From Bacteroidia bacterium (lineage in GTDB: Bacteria; Bacteroidota; Bacteroidia; M30B66), in NCBI GenBank assembly GCA_965279035.1, contig CBDIHM010000003.1, positions 32,001 to 96,000 of the forward strand: DNA of 64,000 nucleotides, read 5' to 3'. Position 1 is the stretch's first letter. Each line of letters opens with the position of its first letter. Positions 27,643-41,311 of the stretch are shown piece by piece. The position numbers and the translations under genes are program-made. A model generated the notes under the pieces. It searched no databases. It was not told the DNA's origin and saw only the letters and a list, made by a program, of their open reading frames with translations.

Positions 27643-30600
27643 CAATACTGGGCGGACACGGCGAAGCCATACGACTTTGTGCCGGTCGCGCAATTCGCAG
27701 CGGCGTTTGAGGCGAGTGAGCGCGGCCGTGCGCTGGCGGCAGCCGCCAGGGACCCCCCGGTCCTGGGCAAGGCATGCGCTGAGATGGACCCGCTCGTGCG
27801 CACCAGGTTCTGCGCGTTCCCTGCTGACCTTATCATCTAGGGCCATTTTATCACGGTCATTTAGGGTCTTTGCTGTATTTTGCATTGGGTAGCTGACATT
27901 TTGGAACAGGAAATGCAAGGCAAACGCTGAACCCCATAAATTTGCATTAAGTCTGCGTATTAAAGTGAATATTCACTTTGATCTGTTTACTTACACTTGT
28001 GTGCTGTCTGTGTGCAGGTATGCGCTGGGCGCTTTCCAGATGTTCAGGTGCGCGCATTTCTGCCCCGCTGATATCAAGTGTCCTTTTCATATGGAAACTT
28101 CCAATGTATAGAAGGATCCATACTCCAGAGCTTAAAGCACTATCCTCTCGGGCTCTCTCGGCATCTTATTAGATTCGGCAGGCATCAGAGCTCTGTAGCA
28201 CCCACCTGCTGTGTATAGATGACCATCCTTGAAATTCCCTGTCCAAGCCTTTGACATTTCTTCCAGTCCTCTGAAATGCCAAGCCATGTGCTGCCTGGTA
28301 GCAAGACTTCCACCATCCTGCATGATAACATTTATGGGGACAAAATCGTTATTATTCACACTTTTCCAGCCTTCCAAGGCTGGGTGCGCTCCATCAGCTT
28401 TTCTACAGAGTTCGCCCAAAATTCCCTGCCTTTACATTTTCTCCAGAACAGAATGTTGCAAAATTAAGGCAATGGCTTCACTGACTGCGCAGGGCGCTGG
28501 GCCAGCGGGAGGGTGTGCTGATGCTGCGCCACGCGTTCACCTACAAGTTCCGCACCGCCCAGAACCTGTTTGTGGCATTCGTGGCCGGCACGCTGTTTGC
28601 CAAGCCCACCATGCACACCGACACTGCCGCCGACGCCATCAAATTCTCCGGCGTCCTCTTCTTCGCGCTGGTGAGCGCCGTGCCCTTTTCAAAAAGACCG
28701 CCAAATGCCAAAAAGCCTATTTGTCATGGATATGCAAAGTTCTCCTCCTGCTTTTTGGACTGAAATGACACTGTTGAAAGATGGGGATCATTTTGCTGGT
28801 GAGCGCTGTAGTCTGTCAGGAGCGCTAATGTGCCATTAAGCCCATCTGGCATAGATGTGCAAAGTTCTCATGTTCCTTGTTGTGGCTCAAGTTGGAATGG
28901 AACGACAATGTTGAAAGATAGGGGATCGTTTTGCTGGTGAGCGCTGTGCTCTGTTATGGACCACCAGAAAGCCCATTTGGCATAAATGAGCGGTGCTCTC
29001 CTGCTCTCTGTTGTGGCTCGATGTGAATTGCTGATAATGGCATCAACAAATGAGTACTTCTTCCCGCAGAGTCTGACAAGTGCTTTTTTTTGCTTGCAGG
29101 TGCAAATGCTCTTTGACGGTGAGCTGCTCAGCGACTTCTCAACTCTGGCGTCACATTCACAAATAGGCCCTCTCCGATCTGGCCATGTGCTGTCCTTGAT
29201 AATCAACGTCTTAGCTTTGCAATCTACCACATACAACCCAACCCAGGCTGGCTGTGACCTTCTTGCAAGTTTCACACTACTGGGCATGGACGGTGATAGT
29301 CTGAGGGAGCTGAAGCACGTGCGCAGGCTTCTCGGAGATGAGCATGCTGATAGAGTCTCTGCCGGACTTCTACAAGCAGCGCGACAACCTCTTCTACCCG
29401 GCTGTGAGTCCAAAATCTTTTTTATTGTATGCATGGCCTTAGTGCAGAGTGTCTGAGTTGCCACGGTATGTGCCAGTGTGTCAGGTTGGACGGGTTGCCG
29501 CATGCACCAGAATGCTAGCTGATGACATGTTCCTGCTTTCATGTGTCAAAGGAGACAACTGTCTTCTATGACCTTGAATATTTCGGTGTTCCTACATGGC
29601 CTGTCTGCAGAGTGTCAAGCTGCCAAGTGCACCATAACGCTACCTTATACCATGTCCCTACTCTCATCTGATATAGCTGTCCATTCCAGCATTACTGCCA
29701 GATAGGCTGTCGGACAGGCTATGAGTCCCTGCACGGCCTCTCTGCACAGATTTCAGCTGCCACGTGCAACAGAGTGCCAGCTTATACCCTTTTCCTGCTT
29801 TCATGTGTCATGGGAGGTAGCTGTCCAATGTTCAGAGCGTCAAGTTGCCTTTAGCATCAGATGGTCAGCTCATGATATGGCCCTGCTTCCACATTGGGTA
29901 GGGTTGAGTGGCCACTGGCTTCCATTTGTCAAGGGCGATAGCTGTCATCTACCGTGACCGGGGTGTTTCTCTGCGCTCATGCTGAATGTCAGTTTGCCAC
30001 ATACTACAGAACTACAGCTCAACAGGGCGTCTCTGCTCCCTATCTCAAGGGAGAGCTGTCCATGTGACTAGGGTGCCAAAGTTCAGGGTGCAGGGTTTAG
30101 AGTTTATATAAACCAAAATATATGGAAGAGGAAAATGTGTGCGTGCAGTGGGCTTTTGCGCTGCCAGTGACGCTGCTGCGCATCCCCTACTCGCTGGTGG
30201 AGTCCTTCGTCTGGTCCATCATCATCTACTGGTCTGTCGGCCTCGCACCCTCTGCCGCCAGGTCAGCGCGTGACTCCTCCATACCTATTACTTTATGTAA
30301 GATATGTATGCATGGCAGATCTTTGCAGGAGGGCAATCATCACTTCCTGCAGATTCCCCAAACCCATGAGTAATACATTATTTATTAATTAATATTATTT
30401 TAATTGTTATTTACTTTATTTCTTGTTTTTATTATTATTAATATTATTATTTTTATTTGTTGAATATATTTTATTATATCAAACTGTATTTATATTTTTC
30501 CTAAATTTTTTATTTTGAGGTTTAGGGCTTAGGGTTGGGTGCGTAGGACCGGCCTATTCTGATGTGAAAACTCGGCTTCCGAATTAACTGCTTGTGATGT

Positions 30601-33600
30601 TTTCACTCCGAGCTCTCACTTTCCATGCCTGGCAGTGATGCAACAGGTTGCGCCTCCTCCAGAAGGCATGGGTTGCATGCAATACTTTGAACTGTGACCC
30701 TTACAGCGCATCACAATCCTGGGTGCCTGCTCCCTTCAGCAAGTGTTGTGGAGTGGAATTTCCATGCGTGCTGCAAATTCTTTGTGATGGTCTCGCGGCA
30801 GGGAACTTTGATCTGTGAGCCTTAAAGTGATGCTTCGTGAACTTGGCTGCCAGGTTCCTTCAGCGAGTGTTGAGGAGTGGCAATCGCGTGCGGGCTGCAG
30901 AGTGCTATAGATTCCAGGCTGCCACACTGTCTGAATTCGGGCATTGTGTGCATGCTGCAGGTTCTTTGTGTTCTGGCTGCTGTGCCTGCTGTCGCACCAG
31001 GTGGCCATCAACCTGTTCAGGCTCATCGGCGCCATCGGCCGCTCGGTCGTCATCGCCTTCAACCTGGCCTGGGTCGTCTTCATCCTCATCATGCTCCTCT
31101 GCGGATACACCCTCGTCAAACGTAAATACCCCTCACCTTGGTCCCTGGGTTATCACTAGTCCGCATTTTGCGTGTTTCTGTACTCAGACTTGACGTTGCT
31201 GTGAGTGCACAGCAAAGTCCCTCCAACAAGCATGCCCTGGTCATGCATCAAAAATGCATGATGAAAAGTATATTTGCTTTGAATGTCCTGCCCTGCTCTG
31301 CCGCTCTGTATTCTGTGTTTGGATTGTCCTCACTGCAAAGTCACCTGCTGTATTTGTAGCTACAGAGCATGCCCTGGAGACGCATGATGCGCTGATTGCG
31401 AGTGAGGAAGTGTTGGCCACAAAGCAACTCCTTTCAGGTGTTCTGTTGGCGATCAATGCGAAATCAACTGAAGTTGTGGCTTGATGTGTTGTGCAGCGGA
31501 CATCCCGCCGTGGTACGCGGGCGGCTACTGGGCGCTGCCGCTGCAGTGGCTCGTGAACGCCATCATCAACAACGAGTTCCAGGATGGTGAGCAATCCACT
31601 TTATTGCATCTTTTGGGCTGTCTTTCAGGCAGGTGCATGTTTCGCAAATGATTAAACGAAGGCTCTTTAGATCAAAAGTTCCATCTGGCTATCCATCCAC
31701 GCAGCGGCTTTCCAATTTTATCTGTCTAGCAGGGTGTTTTTGTTCATCCTGGGATTTTGCACGCTCTTGACAGAAACAGACCTCTCAAGACCATTCTGAG
31801 ACAGCGGCTCGGGCATTCCCTATATGCTAAATCATTATGCAATCAGCTTCCTCTCCAAATTACTTGACGGCCGGGCGCCAAAGCCGTACAGACCATTAGA
31901 AATGTGTGGCCACAATTGACCTAATTTTTTTTTCGACCACATTGGGGCCTTCAGAATTGCCTGTGAGCGAGGTTCAAATATTTTTCATTTTATTTTTTCA
32001 TTTTATTTTCATCTTGAAAGGGGTTTCAGGTTTCCCTAAACGTGAACCCTTAAATAAAATAAAATAAAAGTGAAACCTCTAAAAACCCTAGACTCTATCT
32101 GATGTGACTGCAGAGCGGTGGGCAAAACCGGACCCGGCCAACCCGGATCAGACGCTTGCGGAGTCGCTGTACCGGCAGTTTGCGTTCCACAAGGGATCGG
32201 TATGGATCTGGGCGGGCGTGGGCGTCGTGCTGGGCTGGATCGTGCTTCTCAACATCGCAACCACCCTCGCCCTCATGCTGCTGGACGGTGAGTCATCTTT
32301 CTCTGATGGAGTAACTCTATTTTGCATGTGTGTGGGCAGGTATGTGTTTGGTCTGTGGTAACCTGAAAACCCTAGATAAACATTAAATTTCGCAGCCATA
32401 GACGATGACAGTCCACTCATGCAGCCTTGACTGGCAGTGGGCGCCTGTAAGAGCGTGGTTCTAAGAGCGATCTAAGGACGCCGCAGCTATGTTTTTGGGT
32501 GTGGTAACACACTCACAGATATTTAGTTAGGCAAGTACAATTATCCAAGGTTGCACTCACAGTGTTCCAAGCATGCAATGACACTTAGGCTTTGCTGGCG
32601 GAGCCCGGACAGCCTGTGCTTCAAGGTTTAGCATCTCTTTTGAGATGTGACCCAACTGTCCATTTGTCTCAGAGCACATCTGGGCATACATGTTGTTCAG
32701 TAATTTAGGGTGTAGGCCGTTCTACAGTAAATACCCACAGTGTAGAATTAAGCAATCGTGTACCAACCGAGTGACAAAGCTTATTTGCTCTGTCAGCCCC
32801 GGACAAGAAGCCGGCTTCGATGCCTGAGGAGCTGCTGCACGAGCGTGAATTCACGCGCACCGGCAAGCGCCCGGCGCCATCGAAACATGCCGCTCCGGCC
32901 GCGGCCGCCGGCAACGGGCACAGCAGGGTTGCGCCTGCCGCGGCCAATGGATCTGATATTGAGATGGGCGTTCTACCCGAGGCAGCCGCTCTGCAGAGCA
33001 AGGTGCGCCATCGAAAATTTAAACTGGTGCAATCCCGCTGTATGTATGACGCTATCGTGACAGGAGGTTTGCAGACAGTTAGCTGGAAGCTGTGTTCCTA
33101 GCGTGCAAGCGACATCTCCTGATAAAGCGCAGTGCAAGACAAAACCACCTATAAGATAGCCGTGGCTTTGCTAGTCGAGGTTGGGCCGGCAGACACCTTC
33201 AGTTTGATGTTGGCTGACCCGCGCAGAGTCTACATTACCAGCAATACATTGACTGCGATATTCATTAAGACAGGAAAAGCGTGTGATACTGGTAAATAGA
33301 ATATTCTTAGTTAGGGTTTTGGTGTATTTAGGGTTGAATTACGAACCCTGAGTCATCGGGGGGAAAGTCAAAACATCTGTGTGTATGTGTGCAGGGGTCA
33401 GCACACGGTGCAGATGAGGTGGAGGCGTTGGCATCACGGCGGCGAACGGGCGTGGTGGCGAGCAGCAAGGGCATGGTGCTGCCCTTCCGCCCTCTCAGCC
33501 TGGCCTTCAGCCACGTCTACTACTCGGTCGACCTGCCACCCGTGCGCACCCTCATCTCGTATCTCTTGTGTGGTCTTGTTCTGAACTTTTGAGGCCAGAT

Positions 33601-36600
33601 ATATCTGCTATATCATGTAGGGTGTTTTGTTGTGCCAATTCTGAGCTTAAAATGGAAGGACTTCTCATAAATCCCAGTGAGCCTCACGTGTGCTAGCCTC
33701 ACATCCCAGCAAACAAACTCTTTGACAGGATATAAAGATAATCTCTTAATATGGCCTTGATTGTCTGACACAAATGTTTGGTTCGTCGTGCCATATGTGT
33801 CTGCCGGTTAGGATGCAGGCAAGGGCCTGAAGCAACACACTATCATGCTGATGTAGTAGACAAAGTGTATAGAATGTATCCAGACCTATTTAGATCATTA
33901 GATTACTGTTTATTTGAATTTTTATTTTTTATTCTATGAAATAGAGTTTAGGGTAACTGCATACCCTAAGAACTTAAAAACCCAAACCATGTGATTATGC
34001 GCAGGGCCACCCGGGCGCAGGCGAGACGGTGGAGGGCGTTTCTAAGCCGCAGCTGACGCTGCTGACGGACATCAGCGGCGCGTTCCGGCCGGGCGTGCTC
34101 ACCTGCCTCATGGGCGTGTCGGGGGCCGGCAAGACCACGCTCCTCGACCTGCTCGCCGGCCGCAAGACCGGTGCGCGCGCAGATTGCGTTGTGCTGCGAT
34201 GCATGTTCGACACGGTTCAGCAGCCCTGTGTTGAAAAGGCCATTGTTGCTGCAAGAGGGTGCTCGCCAGCCGCAAGACCGGTATCCGCTGCACCTGCCGT
34301 TGTGCTGCAGTGTGCATGCAAGATTTAACAGCCCTGACTAGCAGTTGGTCATGTTGCTGCAAAGGGTGCTTCCCAGAAACGGAAAGCAACCTTAGGGCGC
34401 TGCCGTGCGTTTAAATGTGGTGATGTGCTCACAAAATTCAGGCGGGGCAACGGCAAGCTTCATGATGGGATTCATTTGTTTCTTTCCGCAAAAGCAATAA
34501 CCCAACCACTTGAGAATACAGAGATCTTGGACCTCGAGTGAGTGTTGAGCTCGACATGGACAGCATGGTGCATTGAAAAAACAAAGAAAGCTGTCCATTT
34601 GACCCACAGGCGGCTTGGTGCGCGGCGCCATAACGGTAGACGGCCACCCCAAGGAGCAGGCCGCCTTCGCGCGAATCTCCGGCTACGTCGAACAGGTGCA
34701 AGGCACTCTGCTTCGCAACATTCCAATATTATTATTATTATTATCATTATTATTGTTATTGTTATCGTTATCATTAATACATTTACATAAAATAAAGCAT
34801 GCACTATGCTTCTATCAGAGAAAGTGTGCCTCTCCACTTAAAAGCACAGAACGAGTCGGCCCCTCCTCTGATGCATGCCCACTGCTAAAACGTAAAGCGA
34901 GGAAGCCGATGCCCTGCCCGCAAAAGTGAACAAGATTGAGTGCTCAGAATGTCCCGCTCTGATGTCGCACGCAGTTTGACATCCACTCGCCGGCAACAAC
35001 TGTGCGGGAGGCGCTGGCATTCAGCGCAGAGCTGCGACTGGCGGACGTCCAGCCAGCGCAGCTGCACAGCTTCGTCGACGAGGTATGATGAATGCTTTTT
35101 ATTACTGCTCACCAGACCTGTCACCTTGCTCGCGTGCTTCCACATTCGCGCCCAGTCAACAGCAGCTCCGAAGCGGATTTGAACCAACGACCTAACGGTA
35201 ACAGCCGTCCGCTCTACTACTGAGCTTTTAGAGATCCCTTTTCGAGGAGAATTGCACTAGGTTGAAGAATAATTTTTGTTTTTTAATGATACTTTTAGTC
35301 GGAGCCTTTCATTTTTCCCGCGTTACAAAGGTCGAGAGCAGTGAAACATTTTCTTAACTCATTAATCTGAGTCGAGCTCGAGCAACCGACTAAAATTACT
35401 AATTTAACATTTCACCCCTCCTCCCCCTCTGACCTTGCAGAGTTGCTTGTATCGTCAGCAAACAAATCAATGCTTTCTCAAGGGGAATCATGCATGTGTG
35501 CAGGTGATGGAGCTGATGGAGCTGGGCCCGCTGCGCAACGCGTTGGTGGGCGTGCCCGGCCGCAGCGGCCTCTCCGTCGAGCAGCGCAAGCGACTCACCA
35601 TTGGCGTAGAGCTGGTTGCCAACCCCTCTATCGTCTTCCTGGACGAACCCACCTCGGGTGCGCATGCTCACAGGGAAGATTTCGGGGAAGCCATAAACGA
35701 GCTTTCAGGCTGAGACCTTTCGGGAGACACCTGAGCAATATTGGTCTTGGCTTGAGGTCGCAAATTTGTAATGCGGGACTGGAGATTCTGCAGATAGATA
35801 CTGGATATGGCCATTGATTGCGCACATCAATTTTGACAGAGATTGCAAGTTTTGTGGGGCTGTAATGGCACCTCTGGTGCGCAGCCGCTCAGGGGAAAGC
35901 TGTCCACACTTGGATTGAGGCTCATTTAGAGACTGTACAAAGGTTGCAAGTTCTGTGGGGCTGGACTGGAGATGCTTCTACTAGAGCAATTATAATACAG
36001 CTCGCAGCACAATAAGCATGATTGGGATGGATGCACCAAGTTTTATGGCGCTCCAAAAGGCCTGCATTCTCAACGCTCACTGAGAGTGTTAAAATTATCG
36101 GTTGAGAAGCGTGTCCGCGTGAATTGTGTCTGCGTGAATTGTGTCCGCGTACATAGCCCACAGGGATCTTAATCAATAACGTCTCATTACTAAACACCTG
36201 TTGCACTGTGTCAGGGCTGGACGCGCGTGCGGCTGCGATAGTGATGCGCACGATCCGGAACACTGTCGACACCGGCCGAACCGTGGTCTGCACCATCCAC
36301 CAACCATCCATAGACATCTTCGAGGTGGGGCCTGCACTGACTTATATCTGCCCTATTATAGTGTAAAATAGTTTAATAAAATGTATTAAACAATGTAGGG
36401 TCACACAATATAAAGATATGTGTAACCCTCAAAATAGTGTTACCCAAAATCAAAAATATAGAGAAAAAGAATTATATACTCTAAATCTTAAATTCTAAAA
36501 GCAATGCCTGTCTGCCACAATGGACACATCTTTCCTAAATCTAAATTAACGGTTTGAAGCCCTTATATGACAATTTGCCTCATGTCACGCTAGCAAGGAT

Positions 36601-39600
36601 GGTGAAGACATAGATCTTCAAGCTTGAAAATCAGCACTACTTGACGTAAATTAGGCTTCCCTGGCTGGCAAAAATTAGCATAGCTTTCTAACTTGCTGCT
36701 ACCAAACATCTTTCCAGCAATGTGGACTCCAAAACTACAGAACCCACAGTACATTGTCCTTTTAGTAATTTCTGCTGACATAGTCCTTGTCTCCACCCCT
36801 CAGGCGTTTGATGAGCTGCTGCTGCTGAAGCGCGGAGGGCGAGTCATTTACGGCGGACCCACGGGCGACTGCTCGCGGCTTCTGGTCAGCTACTTCCAGG
36901 CCGTGCCGGGAGTGCCGCCCGTGTCAGCAGGGGTCAACCCAGCCACCTGGATGCTCGAGGTGCGTTGGTGCTGCATTCAAGGGAGATTTTGTGGGGTTGG
37001 TCTTTACTCGATGAGATTATTCTACCCTAGTGAGATGTTACAATGGTGTCATCTCTCTGAGCTGGGCATCTTGGCACGGTGGGGCACTCAGATTTACACC
37101 ACTGCAGTAGTACTTGTAAGTACTTGCAAGGCGCGCCCCAGTGCTGTGTGGATGTAGCGCCTCAAGAGGGAATGAGAAGAAGCTAAAGCAAAATGATTGT
37201 GGATGTATTTGCTTTGTTCTGTGACTTTGGGCTTGCTAATATAGCCTCTGGCTTCTCTTGGGCACTGGCTCTTCTCTCACTGTGCCTGGTGGGTAAATTG
37301 TGAACAAGGTGATTTTATTTTAGCTGGGCATTTGTTGTAGATAGCAGGTTTTACAGCAGCTTTGGTAATGCACAAAGGGGGAAGTCGGGCATAAGAGTAG
37401 TAGTTTTATAATAACCCTCTGTAACACATTTGTGCATGTGCCGGCAGGTGACGTCGCTGGGGTCTGAGCAGAAGCTGGGCGTGGATTTTTCTGAGCTGTA
37501 CACTCACTCCGATCTGGCCAGGTGCTCTTTCTGATGCCCAACCTGGCGCTGCATCCTGCGCTGGTGACAGGACCATATGCAGATAATTCTTAATTTACTG
37601 GTGTGATAAGTTTCGAGGCTGTGTTGTGAGCTGGCCAGGTACATTTCAAGGAAGCCAAACCCGGCCCTGCAATTGAAGTGGTTGCAGGGCTTCATGCTGA
37701 CCTCAAAAAAAATCAACAAAAATATAAGAAGCTTTCTAATTGTTCAAAAAATGGTTAAAGAATTACACCCTGGCTGGTTGCAATGGTGCATTCTTAGACA
37801 TACAACCATCTTATTTCTGGCTTCATCACAATTTCACGTCGTACTGGCAGCCGACCACCTTGATGCTGTGCTGAAGCTGGGGCATGATTCGTTTGGCAGG
37901 AGCACACAGGAGATGGTGGCGCGTCTGCAAGTGCCAGACCCCAACTCGCAGCCCCTGCACTTCGACAAGCAATTCTCGCGCAGCCTTCTTTCCCAGGTGA
38001 GCAAGATGACATTTTTTTATGGCTCCTTGGAAAAACAGCACAAAACCAATTGTCTGCAGACCACGCAATAGACCTTCATTGCATGCTTTTTTTGGCTGCC
38101 TGGAAAGGCGGCACCATGACCATGCAAGAGACCACCGGTCACCATGCTGCCTTTGCCCTAAGTGATTGGTTAAGATATCTCTGGCCCCTTATTTCTTTCA
38201 TTTGCCTGCAGTTCCGCCTCCTCCTCTTGAAGAACTTCACTGTCTACTGGCGCACACCCGAGTACAACGCCGTCAGGTGCGAGCATGTGCACATCCCATC
38301 CTCGCCTGCATGATTCCCTGTTTTGGGTTGTGTTGGTGTCAAAGACTCATGCCAGTTGGTAGTGGTAAGTGTCTTTATTTCTCTTTGTGGCAACCCTGAC
38401 AGTTCTGTCTGGGTTCAACAGGATGTTGTCAACCACGCTGCTGGGCCTCCTGTTCGGCTCCATTTATTGGCACATTGGCGGTCGAAGGTGCGCTCGCTCT
38501 TGGAAGGGTCCATGAGTGATTACTTGCTTCGGCAGCCTTCTGAATGTCGCTGAGAGTTGAATCCAATTTGATGAGAATATATCTAGCCAATATAGCCTTT
38601 GCTTCTGTAGCATGATCAAACATTTCAATTTCTTTGGCATGGTTTTCCAGCATTTTTTTGATATTGCCTCCTTTCACGGCAGGATCCAAAACAGTTGCTT
38701 ATCTTCCTCTTGAGCAGTGTCTTGAATGGATATTAGTAGTTTTGCCACATCCTTGTCACAGGAAATGTTCTCATACTCTGCCTCTTCTTGTGCGCGCAGG
38801 GACAACGCGCAGACCATCCAGAACATTATCGGCGCACTTGTTGTCTCCGCAATGTTCATCGGCACCTCCAACGCGTCCACTGTGCAGCCGGTTGTGGACA
38901 CTGAACGCACCGTCTTCTACAGGTCTGCAGCGAGCAAAATGAGCTCTATCACTGAGTGATTCATCTGGAAAATGATTTTATGTTAATTCTTGATTCTCAT
39001 GTCTTCCTCAGGTGCAAAGTGGTAATTTTTGCCTGGTGTGTCTAAGATCTTTCACTGCTTAAAGATCTTTCACTGCTTGAAGATTAAGCGCCGCATGAAT
39101 GGGTTACTAGCTGCCTAGTAGGCCTCTCTTCGCTTCTTGCTTTTTCTATCAGGTACTCATTTGTTTGTTTGAGTCAAGCTGAAATAGAAGGACCCTAGTG
39201 GATCACATGTCTCAGAGGGTGTGAAAAGGCATTTGTGGGTTTCGCAGGGAGCGTGCAGCCGGGTACTACTCGGAGTACCCATTCGCGGCCGCGCAAGCCA
39301 TCGTGGAGCTGCCATACCTGCTCGTCCAGTCCATCCTCTTCTCGTGCGCACCCACTCTCCACATTTCTTTGCTGGCAGAATTGCTGTGCATTTTCGGCCT
39401 GATTTTGTTTTCCCTTTATCTGCAGCTTGTCTGGAGACGCACGTTGCCTCTGGCAGGGAATAGCGTGTGGTAAATTTAGTATTAAAACACATTTTAGATT
39501 CTTTTGGGAGCCACCTGAGGGTCATTGGTCTTGTAGGCAGTCTGTCGCTACCCATCCTCATATGAAAAATTTGTTTATATTTCTCATGTGTCTGCATCCT

Positions 39601-41311
39601 GTCCAAAATTTGTGCAATCCTAATACCGTATTACTGACTGTTCTGGCCCAAAAATGCCTGCAAACAAGGTGGTGCAGTACCAAATAGCTCAGAGTACTGA
39701 TGATGATAATAAACTGTTGCCTGGAGTTTTAGCAAGAAATATGTGCATGGTTTCCTTCTCATGTGATGCTGTCCCGGAATGTCTTGTCAGAACATGCCCA
39801 GTGCCCGTTGTGACACGCGTGAAGCAATTTCCTTGTGGGGGATTTGATGCCCAGTCCACTTGAACGGCCAAGGTCTTGGGAGTGAATGCCAAATGTGACT
39901 GTGACCAAAGTGCTGCTGTGCTTACAGGGTGACGACATACTTCATGGTGTACTTTGAGATCAACGCAGGTGGGACCCGCTGTCACTCGAACCTTCTCTCA
40001 AAATCAAATATTGAAGCTGCTGTTATTTCTCTGCACAGACCGCCCAATGTCCGGAACCCTTCAATTGGGAATCCCAGCAACAAGGGTTCTCGCACACAGA
40101 CAACATGCAGACTGAACTTGATCTTCGCCTGCCCACTTTTGCGCAGGCAAATTCTTCTGGTACGTGCTGTTCATCTTCCTCACGCTAGCGTTCTTCACCT
40201 TCTACGGCATGATGACCGTCTCCCTGGTGCCCAACATTCAGGCGAGCCCTTTTTCTATGCTAATCTCCCCGGCTTGTCTGCAGCGCACCTTATCCTGCAC
40301 GTTATACTCGCAACATAGTTTACAGGAAGAGGTGATTGGTTTAGGATGCACCGCTTGCAACCCAGTTGACTTCACATGGTTCCTTGAAAGGATATGCTGA
40401 GGCAGCCAGCAATGCAGCCTTCCCCAATCACCCGGTCAATCTGTTAACTGCTGAGGATTCAGCGCATACTCTGACCAACAAGTGTCCTGCAACTTGCTAT
40501 TCTGGAAATCGAAGTGAAGCAGGTTGTGAGGAGGTTTCTGTTTATGTGTGTGCAGGTGGCATCCATAGTGTCATCCACGTTCTATGCAATGTTCTTCCTC
40601 TTCGCCGGCTTCATCGTGCCTCAATCTGTGAGCATTCTCTGCAGCCTGCTCTGCTTGCTATCCTACTTTGTTGTGGTATTGTTTGCTGCTCATCCTCGCT
40701 TGCTTCTGAAGCAAGCGAGTCCCTGAAGAGGGCTGGAAGTGTAGCAACTTCCGCGTGGATTCTTTTGCAGACCTGCTCTGTGCAAGAAGTATGTCAAGGC
40801 TGGCACCAGTGCTAATTCTACTGTGTGTCTTTCTTGCAGCAAATGCCGCCATGGTGGTCATGGTAAGTGACCTCTGATTCTGGAATTGACCCGCATGCGT
40901 CTTGCTTCCTTGAAACGTCGCGTATGTTGAAGCAACTTTTGTGAGCGAGTGTTGGAGATGTGAAAAGTTCTATTCTGAGCTGCGTTGCAAGACCACTCAT
41001 CTTATGATTCAGAGTCACCGAAGAACTTCTTGTCAAAGGCATAGAATGGGTGGTGTTTGCGCAGGTACTCATACTTGAACCCGCTGTCATACAGCATTCA
41101 AGGACTGCTGGGCAGCCAACTGGGGGATGTGACCGACGAGTACATTGTTTATAACGGTGAACGACAGAGCGTTGCGCAATACTTGAAGACTGCATACAAC
41201 ATCGACCGGTCCTTCATAGGCTGGGACGTGTTGATCCTAGTGGGCTTCACTGCTATATTTGCTGTCATCACGATGGGCTCATTGCGCCTCTTCAATTTCC
41301 AAAAGCGCTGA
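27643..41311 (+). CDS. PDR: Full-size ABCG / pleiotropic drug resistance (PDR) transporter, multi-exon, 5' part missing
   Basis: Exons give [110 protein letters not shown], and end [11 protein letters not shown]. Confidence 0.95.
29432..30062. repeat. Degenerate tandem repeat (about 120-140 bp unit, about 5 copies) filling a PDR intron
   Basis: Recurrent blocks CATGGCCT..TGCAGAGTGTC.AGCTGCCA (29432, 29596, 29732, about 29830, about 29980) and GA..AGCTGTCCA (29552, 29670, 29814, 29935, 30050). Confidence 0.6.
34726..34775. repeat. (ATT)n/(GTTATT)n microsatellite in intron
   Basis: attattattattatcattattattgttattgttatcgttatcatta is visible directly. Confidence 0.8.
35165..35234 (-). pseudogene. 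Degenerate tRNA-Asn(GTT)-like sequence (pseudo-tRNA or tRNA-derived SINE head) inside a PDR intron
   Basis: The minus strand reads TCTCTAAAAGCTCAGTAGTAGAGCGGACGGCTGTTACCGTTAGGTCGTTGGTTCAAATCCGCTTCGGAGC. It has a D arm (GCTC...GAGC), an anticodon stem ACGG/CCGT around CTGTTA (one base short), a GGTTCAAATCC B-box and an imperfect acceptor stem. Confidence 0.7.

Noticed and set aside
36111-39082. Short tandem duplications (15-bp unit at about 36111-36150; 18-bp unit at about 39044-39082)
   Set aside because: Two to three copies in introns, consistent with ordinary slippage.
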